A stretch of 64,000 nucleotides of DNA from a virus. Its lineage: Duplodnaviria; Caudoviricetes. Location of the stretch: positions 74,809 to 138,808 of IMG/VR virus record IMGVR_UViG_3300020120_000082; one strand, given 5' to 3'. Shown here one piece after another: positions 22,762-32,242 of this stretch. Within the stretch, counting starts at the first letter, position 1. Each line of letters opens with the position of its first letter. The position numbers and the translations under genes were made by a program. The notes beneath the pieces are model-generated. The model was not told where the DNA came from, made no database searches, and was given only the letters and a program-made list of their open reading frames with translations.

Positions 22762-24556
22762 GATTCTCCTATTCCCAAAACAGCTTGACTTCGATATTCG
22801 GAATGGGCTCTAACAGATCCAGTTGCTTTTGAAATGCATCCCACTCAGCATTTGTTGACGGATTGTTGCGCTTGCGGGGCTTCTTACGCCATCTGTCTAC
22901 CCTGACATCATCACAGTCATTCAAGTCCAATGAGCCGCCGAAGAACTTGATCAGTCCCATGCCAATGTTCTGCCAGAATGGGTTGGCATTTGGAGACAGG
23001 CCCTTGGTTTCATAACGTCCAAACAGGGGGTACTCCCACTCGAAGAAGAACAGCGTGTGGTGATAAATCTTGCCGTCATCATCCAGCAAATGGATTTCGC
23101 AGTACGAGTCCATGGTCGGTCGATTAGCAATCTCGACTCGATCAACCTCGATCCAACTGGCTTTCTTATCCTGGGTTACATACCAATGCTTCGGATGACC
23201 AGCCAGAATTCCAATGACACTGGCCACATCCCGAACGCGGGTATCTCCCGGCAGTGTGATCCTGCAATCGACTCCCATGCTCTCTCCTATTGAAACATCG
23301 CGATCACAACAGAGCGAGTTCGCTCCCAATCTCGTTCATTCAACCCGTCTTCCCGAATAGGGCTCTCATCCGGGTAACAGGGAACAGGTGTTACATAGGC
23401 GTTCAGGATGTAGCCATAGTCTTCGTCGACTATATCCCTAGAACTATCACTGAATGAAATGGCTGGTGCCAAGCCAAACTCAAATCCAGGAGCGCCGATG
23501 CTGCCCATCGTCTCAACGTCGTCAGCATAAATATTGCAATCGTTCTGGAACTTCAGGAATTGTTCTTTGGTCAGCCAGGCGCACATCTTGCGATGCTTGC
23601 TGCCCTTGGTGAAGATGTCGTCGTAATCTCCACCGCTCATGCCACTGTCATCTTCGGTGATTGTCCAGGGGCGCATATTCTTAGGATAGAACTGCTTGAT
23701 ATGCAGGTTCTTTGCACAGTCGATAGAATAGATCACGGAAAATCGCATCTCATCCTTCCCAACCAGCTTCTTCGTCTTCGTCATCCGGGTTAGCAACATG
23801 AACGAGATTGAGATCTTGTGCAATGCTCCCCAGGATTTCCCAGAAGCCAATCATGATGTAATCATTCTCGCCAAGATCCCTGGCGATGTTTTCCATCTCG
23901 GCATCCGACAGGCCAGAGCCGTCATACCCGATTGACAGAAAATCTTCCCGGCTAACAGACAGGCAGTGGAAAAACTCCGTAACACCTGTCTTAGTGCTTG
24001 GTGTGTCAGTTGTCATTCGCCATTCTCCAAGAGAAAGATCAGATCGTCGGCCTGAACAATCTCAACGTGCCCTATATTGCTGGCATCACCCGAATAATCC
24101 AGCCGCTCGCTGACTACAACAACCTGAGCCAAGCGTGGTGGATTGTTCGGATCGCCCCAAACAACTCCCTGTATCCAAGTCCACGAACGGCGGTCGTGCG
24201 CGTAGTAGATGCGAATGCGCATGCTCGGAACTAAATCCTTGCGCTCAATGGGTTTCATTTGGCCAACTCAACCTTATATTTTCTACACGCTTTGATTATT
24301 TCTTTCTCTGCCCAAATCAAATCGTGCGAGCCAAGACTTTCAATGTCAACCTTGATGGCAAATATCTTTCTGGCACCCCCGCATCCCTCCGGAGAGACGA
24401 CCTCTGAAACCCAATCAAAATTTCTAACGAAATCCAGCATATCGTCCAGGCCATTGCGTGCCTGCATATGATCCCAGCCACCATCCGGCGTCTCGTAATC
24501 TGGATAGCCCTCCCAGTCAAAAACCAAAACAGCCTCTTGAAAAGTCCTTGGGTATT

Positions 24557-25177
24557 TCATTCTTCGCTTTCCAATGTCTCAACGGTTTCTTCGTCATCGT
24601 CTTCTTCGTCTTCCGGATTATCAATGGTGATGCAGAAGAATGTGTCCAGCGGATCCCCTTCGCCCTGTTCGATATATCCACCATGAGCGCTGGCTACATC
24701 TTCCAGAGCTTGCCAATATTCCTGATCCTGATAGGCTTCATAAGAGCCCAGGCCACCACACCGCGGACAAGAGAATTCTGGTTGAACTTGCTGCTCGATC
24801 TTGCGTTGAGCATCGATCTGGCCGATAAGTTCACTGGGCCATGCGGTATATTGCGGAAAGTTGGCCATTCCATATTCACGGAGCATCTGTATGGCGGCTG
24901 TCACATCGGCATACTTCGCCGGATCGCTATGCTTATTCTTGACCTTGGTTTTCCCATGGCACATAGGACACAGATCAACGTTGCTGTTGGCCCAGGGCGT
25001 GTAATACTTACCGCTTGGGCTCAGACTCAGAATGCTGCCGATATACTCCGAGCCATAAGTCCCACCATCGCCCATGAAATCGTCAGCCTCTTGCGGATTT
25101 TCCTGGGCACTGGCGATGATGTTTTCCCAGTCCCACTTATTGATCTCGGCCCGATACTTCTCGTACAAAGTGCCCAT
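24557..25177 (-). CDS. Hypothetical protein with DnaJ-like CxxCxG motifs
   Basis: CPMCHG...CPRCGGLG; GGGAG SD. Confidence 0.7.
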   Translation of the reverse strand: MGTLYEKYRAEINKWDWENIIASAQENPQEADDFMGDGGTYGSEYIGSILSLSPSGKYYTPWANSNVDLCPMCHGKTKVKNKHSDPAKYADVTAAIQMLREYGMANFPQYTAWPSELIGQIDAQRKIEQQVQPEFSCPRCGGLGSYEAYQDQEYWQALEDVASAHGGYIEQGEGDPLDTFFCITIDNPEDEEDDDEETVETLESEE

Positions 25178-25659
25178 TTCTATCTCCCTTAGTCCAATGC
25201 GGAAATTTCGTCTGTAAGCTCTTTGAAGTCGTAGCGCGGATCGATCTCAACCTGGTATTTGCTGTTGCCAAGCCAATCGACCTGAACCACACCGGGAATT
25301 GCCTTGAGAGCAACGGCGTTTCGGTTGTCTGTCCAAACATACAGCTTGTGAGGTGCAGACATTTCCCAGGTGGTTGCCTCTTTTTTGGTAGCCATCTCAT
25401 TTTTCCTTTTTGATATAGCGCTTGTAAATATCTTCCAGCCGATCACTGAATGCTTCCAGGCGTTCCAATGTCTGCTCCTCAACCAACTCCCTGGCTACAA
25501 ATTCGTGCTGAAAGTTAGTCTGGCAGGCCATGACCAGCAAACGCTTGGCCTCTTCCTCAGTGTCAACACTAAAGACTTGCAAGAAACCCGGCTCAACGCT
25601 TCGACCGAAGCGCACTACAACTGCTCAGAAAATCAGAATCGGGCGATCTAATTGGAAGC

Positions 25660-25926
25660 TCATTGTTTCTCCAGAATGGTGTCAGCGTCAGGAAATTCTT
25701 GCGTGGGGTCTTCGAAACGTGCGTAGGGATCGTCTTCAATCAGGATGGCAATGGGTGTGGGGAAATAGTCTTCCCCGTCATAGCCCATCATGCAGATCAC
25801 TGGGCGAAAGTGGCCCTCTTCTTTGTCGTACAGCATCATGAGAGCCAAAGCATTCTGGTCAGCCGCCTTGAGCATGGTCTGGAAATTAGCCCTATGCCCA
25901 GCCGGAATAACGGGAATCGGATGCAT
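25660..25926 (-). CDS. DUF6117-like protein
   Basis: GHRANFQTMLKAA...LALM...RPVIC...DGEDY..TP. Confidence 0.5.
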   Translation of the reverse strand: MHPIPVIPAGHRANFQTMLKAADQNALALMMLYDKEEGHFRPVICMMGYDGEDYFPTPIAILIEDDPYARFEDPTQEFPDADTILEKQ

Positions 25927-25959
25927 TACTTGTATCCTTTCGTATTCGCTTGTAGTTGT

Positions 25960-25987
25960 AATATTACTTCAATTGGAGCCAGAGTCA
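25960..25987 (-). promoter_or_regulatory. Sigma70-type promoter (TTGACT-N16-TAATAT) with GTAATATTACAAC motif
   Basis: Intergenic; same -10 context as the 37608-37636 promoter. Confidence 0.55.
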
Positions 25988-27953
25988 ACGGGGAATTGCG
26001 GGTGAAAACTAGAACTTTTGAGCGCTTACAAACTGGCCCCAGAAGACGACAGCGCCCACTCGATCAGTTTTTCAACATCGAACAGGTTGATCTCGGCGTT
26101 CTGACCGGGGTGGAAGTTGACATAGAAAAAACTAAGTTCGTCGTCTTCGGTCAATTCCGACAGGCTCAGATCCAGGGATGCAGAGCTATCGAAACCCAAT
26201 CCTTCGTGGAGCTTCAATTCAAACTCGTCGATGTCAAAGTCCTTGGCAGTGCCAGAGTACATAAACGTGACTTCTTGAACCTTAATCGGGATTGCCATTG
26301 CATAGCTCCTTGTGAATAGCCATCAGTGCCTTGATGACACCAGACAGTTGCGCGTATCGATCCGTAGATGCGATCTGAATAGACACGCGCTCTTCCAGGT
26401 GTTCTTCAGAGTATTTCACCGCCCATTCGAAATACGCATCTGCGTCGTGCTTCAGGTCCACGTACAGGTGATAGACGATCATGACTGCCGGGTTGCCCAG
26501 GCCATAAAGATCGTTCAGAATCCAGGTTTCAATCTCCATATCGGCTCGCGATCTGATCCAGCTTTTCCAGGAACAGGGACACTTCGTTCAGGCGCAGCAG
26601 GCTCAGGCGAGCTTCAGGATCCAGATCATCCTGGGCATCCATCTCAAAGATCAGGATGTCGCGCACATACTGGGCCAGCCATCTTGAAACTTCAATGGAA
26701 TGGGTTTTATTTGTCATGGTTTACCACTTCCAAATTTTCTTGAATGCATAGTCGGTTGGCGACCACTCCAGCAAATGCGGCATTGTGTAGATTATGCTGA
26801 ATTTCAGGCTACGCCCATCAGGAGCCACAATGTTGTCAATGTAATCCCAGTCGCCTGCATCATCGAAGATGGATCGGCAGCATTGGATGGTGATACGCCA
26901 GCCATTCTCGGTAACCCAGACGCGATTGACACCATCACTTTCAAGCTCCGGCAGCAGCTTGATCATGCCGTAGTCGATGGCCTTCAACAGGGTGAGCGCC
27001 TCGTCTTCTTTTATCGTCATTATGTCTCCTAGATTCCAGATCTGGAATTTCAATACGTCAGCACGAAATGGATCGGCAGCATTGGGATGATGCAAAAGTA
27101 CAGGTCTAGCCGTGTTTCACCCCACTACTTTTTGCGCGTCCAGTACAACCCAACCCAGATATCCCTGGGCTCGAACAAAAGCCCAACAGACTGGTTAATC
27201 CCGTTCCACCGCCATATGTGAGAAGCTAATAGCTTTGGTGTCATTTGATAAGCTCTGATCCAAGTTCTTGCGCCAGATACAGCATTAATCCCTCCAAGGT
27301 AAAGACTTCTTGCTCCAAACGGATACACTCGGCAATGATATGACTTCTCGTTCGAGAGAAGATTCTTCGGTTGGATTGATTGCCTGCCAATGCCAGGTTG
27401 TAGTTGTACAGCACCCATTGATAGTGCTTGGCAACCAAACTTAGGGTTTTATCTTCGCCCTGCTCCCACTCTATAGCAGTGGCGGATAGACCGGGATAGA
27501 AACGAAACCTAACCTCGGGGTGATCCATATCTAATCCTTTAGCTCTCCCAGGTTTCCCTGAACACGGTAGGGAATACCGTGCTGGTCAAACCACTCAAAA
27601 TACTGCTCGCGCCACATCAAAAGTCGAACCGAAACATCCCGCCGATCGATCCAGTAGAACATCAACTGGTGAATAGATTCTCGCTCGCCTGCCGTCAGCA
27701 GCCGCTTGGCCCCCCGCTTGGGCAGCGAAAAATCGCTGGCATTATGAGCCGAATGTGCGTTCAAGTGGCAATGAAGTATCTCATCCTTGATCGCGTCGAT
27801 ATCCGGAATTTGACCCACCATCAGATAGGTAAAGTTCTCGTATTCTTGCTCCGGCCATATCTTGGGCATAGTTTCTCCTGTGTCCTATTGGTAGGTATTG
27901 ACATGATGTGGTATCATTCTCTCGTTGTTTGAGTGCCTGCACGCACAGTCGCT

Positions 27954-28029
27954 CAAAAAGCCCATTTAGTCTGGGCATCAGTGACCGTGCGTGCGGCTCT
28001 GGTGCTCATACTAAATGGGCTTTTTGTTT
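27954..28029 (+). terminator. Long intrinsic terminator hairpin (possibly bidirectional)
   Basis: 17-bp IR CAAAAAGCCCATTTAGT / ACTAAATGGGCTTTTTG followed by a T-run. Confidence 0.75.
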
Positions 28030-28039
28030 CTCAATCGCA

Positions 28040-28420
28040 TAGTAATTGAGCACATTGCTCCCCTTTCGACCCGCTTGCTGGCAGGATAGAACCGGAAGTC
28101 CAGCGACGTACAATAAATCCGCCAACTTCCAAAATATTCAACCGTTAAGACACTCCCACAGGTAAACGCGAGAGCGTAGGGTGCTATCAAGAGCGGGGCA
28201 GCCTGGCCCACGGCGCAATGACTGATAGTAAGCGGCGGCTAAAAGCGTGATGCAGAAACGATACTGCATGCCTCGGGTGAGTAGCCTGTAAATTACTCCT
28301 GCGGTCGGTAAAATCACGGACTCCTCTTGCAAATGGCAAGCCCAATTGCAGGGAGAGTCCGCCTACACCAGCAATCGGTATATGTCCGGGTAACCCCAGG
28401 CAGCGACTAAACATGAGCTT
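28040..28420 (+). ncRNA. Candidate structured non-coding RNA (unidentified)
   Basis: No credible ORF in a gene-dense genome; several helices with plus-strand G-U pairs and a GAGA tetraloop. Confidence 0.45.
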
Positions 28421-29741
28421 ATGAATGACAAAGTAAAAAAGCAGGTGTTGTTAATTAAAGAGGTGGTGTGCTGAAAGTTTTTCAAATCTGGAGAGACTCT
28501 GATTTCCGAAATCTCTCAATCTGAAAAAACAATTTGAGCCCAAAAATTCGGCGCGGCTCATTTCACTTTCAACTCCTGCTCAACCCACAACTTGTTGTAG
28601 CGCTGCATTTCTTCTTCGTTCAGCACCATGTCCCATTCCCAGGCGTCTTCGCATTGTTCGCACACCGGGAAAGTGGTTTCGTCGTACAGATCCGTGTTCT
28701 CAATCAAGCATACTGGGCAAATCCATTTGACTTCGATCATTGATTGGCAATCTCGGCTTTCAACGCTATCCAGGCCTTGAGCGCGAATCGACTATCCTGG
28801 TCTAACAGAATATTCAAAATGTCGTCGACCAGCTTGCGCGAGATGCTGTAGTAGTTATCAGGATTGCTCTGCTCTTCCAGCAGGATGGCCATTTCAAGCT
28901 GCCAGTCATCCCAGGTGACACCCATCGACTCCAGGTATATGTTCCAGGCGAGCTTGAATGCGTCCCAATCTTTCCTGGCCCCGCCACGATCCGTGATGCC
29001 ATACAGCGGCGCAGTGATGTCGAACTGCTTCTGAATAGCAGCGAATGTTTCAGCAGACATAACATGCGAGTTGTCGGTTTCCATTTTCAGTCCTCGATCT
29101 TCATACCGCCATCAGCGATTATTTTCCTGAATCTCTTGTCGAAATAGATCAGGTCTTCAAAGCGCTGCACTTCGTTAATGTTCAAGTCGATCTCAAATAC
29201 CGGCGAATGCATTTTGTTCCATTCTGCGCTGTTTACGCATGGCAGTCCGTCTAAGACGTGTACGATCCACTCGGCCTTTAATCTTAGATTCTCGTCGTAT
29301 ATGCCGCGGACATCGCACCAGTAGCCCATCTTGATTTGAAACACGGATCTTGGAAGTTGTGGCATGTTTTTCCTTAGCTGAACTGAGCGAATTGATAGTT
29401 CTTGATCAAATCATCGAACCCAAACGGAGCTTCTGACCGCAGATGCTGAAAAACGTAGTCCCGATCCCAGGTATTTTCAAACAGCCGGAACAATATTCCG
29501 TCGTCGTTGTCTTCGGCCAGAATCATTGGGCCATCATCATTGCTGTCGCTACTAATCATAAAGAAAAAACCGCCTGGCAATCCACCATGCCAGCATGATC
29601 CGCGAACCATGAATACCTGGTCCCGTCGTTTTCGACTGACATAGGCTTTACGCCACATTTCCCCATCAGGGAAATCTGCTACGTAAGCGTCGAACGTTTT
29701 GTAGTAATTCTTCACGCCTGATCTCCTATAGTGTTTCCCAG

Positions 29742-29766
29742 TACGCCTGGCTGGATTCGAACCAGA
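29742..29766 (-). pseudogene. tRNA 3' fragment (T-arm + acceptor strand)
   Basis: CTGG-TTCGAAT-CCAG-C-CAGGCGT-A. Confidence 0.6.
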
Positions 29767-29772
29767 TTAAAG

Positions 29773-29845
29773 TGCCCCAGACAGGGATTGAACCTGCATC
29801 CTTGGAATTAGAAGTTCCACGCTCATCCAATTGAGCTACTGGGGC
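29773..29845 (-). tRNA. tRNA-Arg(TCT)
   Basis: GCCCCAG/CTGGGGC acceptor, GCTC/GAGC D-stem, TGGAA-CTTCTAA-TTCCA anticodon arm, GGTTCAATCC T-arm. Confidence 0.9.
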
Positions 29846-29853
29846 GGATTATT

Positions 29854-30279
29854 TCACTTGGATTTGAAGCCGTTATATTTACCGCTACAATTTCTAGAGC
29901 AAAATGCTCGCTTGTAGCCTTTTGCCTTCGGGGAGTTCTTGGAGCTTCTACTGAATTCATTTCCGCAATTTGCACATACGAGTTTAATCAGATCTCCATT
30001 TGGGAATCTTATTTTCATATGATACCTTTGGTGCTCACCCCTTGTTTTTATTTCAAGATTCGATGGTCTGTTATCGTGCTTGTTCTCGTTTTTGTGGTGA
30101 ACATCCTCATATGGCTCAAGCATTCTTTGAATCTTATTTTCAAGTACGACTCGGTGAGCCAGTACATATCCATGCTCATTTGCTCTTGGATGTTCGGGAA
30201 CAACAGCGTATAAATACTTCCCCTTCTTGACAATTTTTCGTATGATCCAGTTATTCCACATAGTATTTGCAACTCCCAT
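29854..30279 (-). CDS. HNH homing endonuclease with C-terminal Zn finger
   Basis: HRVVLE...VHHKNENKHDNRPSNL; CANC...FCSRNC. Confidence 0.85.
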   Translation of the reverse strand: MGVANTMWNNWIIRKIVKKGKYLYAVVPEHPRANEHGYVLAHRVVLENKIQRMLEPYEDVHHKNENKHDNRPSNLEIKTRGEHQRYHMKIRFPNGDLIKLVCANCGNEFSRSSKNSPKAKGYKRAFCSRNCSGKYNGFKSK

Positions 30280-30310
30280 TGCTCTATCCTACAACGGGAA
30301 TTGCAAATAC
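30263..30310 (-). promoter_or_regulatory. 19-bp RNA hairpin covering the HNH translation start
   Basis: Both mismatches are G-U pairs on the coding strand only; the AUG and GGGAG lie in the 3' arm. Confidence 0.7.
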
Positions 30311-30341
30311 ACAACACTCTTTCCAACTGAGTTACAGGCGC
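30311..30341 (-). pseudogene. tRNA 5' fragment (acceptor strand + D-arm)
   Basis: GCGCCTG-TA-ACTC-AGTTGGAAA-GAGT; pairs with the 3' fragment at 29743-29749. Confidence 0.6.
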
Positions 30342-30846
30342 AGATCGGGCTGTTGCCAGCCCGGAATTTCTATTCCCCGACGCTTGGCCGAACGGGATCG
30401 TGTTCCGGTTCTTTGTCCAAATTTTTCTTCCACCACCACATTCGCTGTTCCCGGTCAGTGCCATCGGCATAGGCGAACCAGGATACAACGCAGATCTCTT
30501 CTTCATTCTCTTCAACTACTCGATAAAACTTGCCTTCGCGCTTGACGTAGTAATCTATTTTCATTCTTGCTCCATATCCAGCTTTCTGTTCCAAAGCTCA
30601 TTCCAAGCTTTATCGCATAGATCAGCCGCAAAACCAGCCTGATTTTCATCCAGGCCCAGGCCGCGGAAAAACTCGCTTTGTGTGCTAGAAGAAACACCGC
30701 CTGAAATAAACGCCATCAATACTTTTGCACCCTCTTTGGGATCAACATCGCTTGAGTTTCGGATAATCTCCAGGGTGGTGCCATGACGATAGGTGTAAAG
30801 CGTCAGGCCTAGAGTCAGTCTGTTTGTGTTGTTTTCTTTGCGAACG

Positions 30847-31296
30847 CTATCCATAGATATGCTCCCGGATATAAGCCTGAGCCTTCAAATAGCGCTCAAG
30901 CTGTGATTGTCGTTCCGGAATGCCGCGGCAGTGCATGATGTTGTCATCCAGATCAGCCAGCTTGACTTGGGCCGAGTCGGGGTTGATAACAATTCTGGGG
31001 ATGAAATGTTCCAGGTAATTCTCCCCAGGCAATCTCGTTAGCGTGACAACGCCAGCGGGGATCCGGATACCGAAAAGCTGCATCAAGAGAATGCTGTTCA
31101 CATAGCGCGATTGATCTTCCAGGATGTCATGCAGCAGGCCAATAATTTGCAGAGTTTCATCCTGGAAGTGACAGGCCACGCGAAACAGATGGTTGATATA
31201 TGGCTCATCTCCGTTCGGATTGTGATAAATCTGATCGCGATGAACGCGAGATGCGAACTCGTAAGCAAAAACTGCCCCAGGCAAAATATTAGCCAT
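30847..31296 (-). CDS. HD-domain hydrolase, RelA/SpoT (ppGpp) hydrolase-like
   Basis: HRDQ...EPYINH...GLLHDILED...VKLADLDDN. Confidence 0.85.
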   Translation of the reverse strand: MANILPGAVFAYEFASRVHRDQIYHNPNGDEPYINHLFRVACHFQDETLQIIGLLHDILEDQSRYVNSILLMQLFGIRIPAGVVTLTRLPGENYLEHFIPRIVINPDSAQVKLADLDDNIMHCRGIPERQSQLERYLKAQAYIREHIYG

Positions 31297-31636
31297 GTCG
31301 TTTCATGTCCCAGTAATAGCCCAGCAAGAAACCGCCAATGCAGCTTAGGCCAAATGACGCCATGGCCAGGGTTGCTACCAGACCACCGCTCAGATAGAAC
31401 CCCAGTGCGCCAACCAGAAAACAGGCGATCACAAACATGGCTGCAACCCGTTCGCGCTTGCGTTTATCAGTCTCGATGCTCATGGCTGTTGTGCTCCAGA
31501 CTCCGAATGTCATCTCGCAGCCGGTCTAGCTGATCTTCCAGTTCGTAAATATACTCAGCCAGCTTGAGATTGATTTCCAGGCGCTCGGCCAGTTCAGCAA
31601 CCAGTTCCGCTTTGGTTTTAAGCCAGCCCGGTGTGC

Positions 31637-32242
31637 TCATTTTCCGTCATTCCAGTGCAGACTCTTGGGATCGAACGATGCAACAAAGTATGGATAGTAA
31701 TCACTCCAATTCCCGGTCCCAATGGCCATGATCTCTTTGCCATTCTTGGCATCTGCAAAGCTGGCCATTGCTTCGTCTTTGTCTATGGACACCATCACTT
31801 TCGTCCGCCTGAACATATTGAGTACCGGCTTGCTCTCGATTTCTATCTCGCCCAGAGATGATCGGTAGCCGTCTTCTTCATTCTCGTAAGCGGCATAAAT
31901 GACACCATCCAGCACAAAACGAATGACATCTGCTCCTTTGTGGTTTTCACCGAGATAATCCACACCGCTCAACCAATGGGTTCCAACCAGGTCTTTCAGT
32001 TCGACGGTATTTTTTGGTTCATACTTAACAGCCAACCGGCTCTTGACTAGATCAGCTATCTTGCCTTCAGCCACAATTTCTTGCGAGTCCAGGCTGACAA
32101 CCTGATAAGAGTCGTTGGCACTTTGTGAGCCCAGGCCTGTTTGATCCAGTGCGTCCCATGCCGAATCGTAGAAACCGCCCAGATCTCTCCAACCGCCGTG
32201 GGGATGGCGGCTATTGAATTCGAACAGAATATAGTTGCGCAT
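31637..32242 (-). CDS. Hypothetical phage protein
   Basis: 201 aa; EDGYRS...IGTGNWSDYYPYF. Confidence 0.7.
   Translation of the reverse strand: MRNYILFEFNSRHPHGGWRDLGGFYDSAWDALDQTGLGSQSANDSYQVVSLDSQEIVAEGKIADLVKSRLAVKYEPKNTVELKDLVGTHWLSGVDYLGENHKGADVIRFVLDGVIYAAYENEEDGYRSSLGEIEIESKPVLNMFRRTKVMVSIDKDEAMASFADAKNGKEIMAIGTGNWSDYYPYFVASFDPKSLHWNDGK

Noticed and set aside
28040-28420. tmRNA, RNase P RNA or group I/II intron
   Set aside because: Only fragmentary look-alikes (TTTCGAC, GAGAGTCC, CAGCGACTAAAC); no T-arm/acceptor ends, P4 partner, correct R/S order or domain V found.
17521-28928. Diversity-generating retroelement TR/VR pair
   Set aside because: Differences are not adenine-specific and no reverse transcriptase is in the window.
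29766-30311. Group I intron in the split tRNA
   Set aside because: The insert is fully occupied by a hairpin, the HNH ORF and an intact tRNA; there is no room for a catalytic core, and the 3' anticodon strand is missing.
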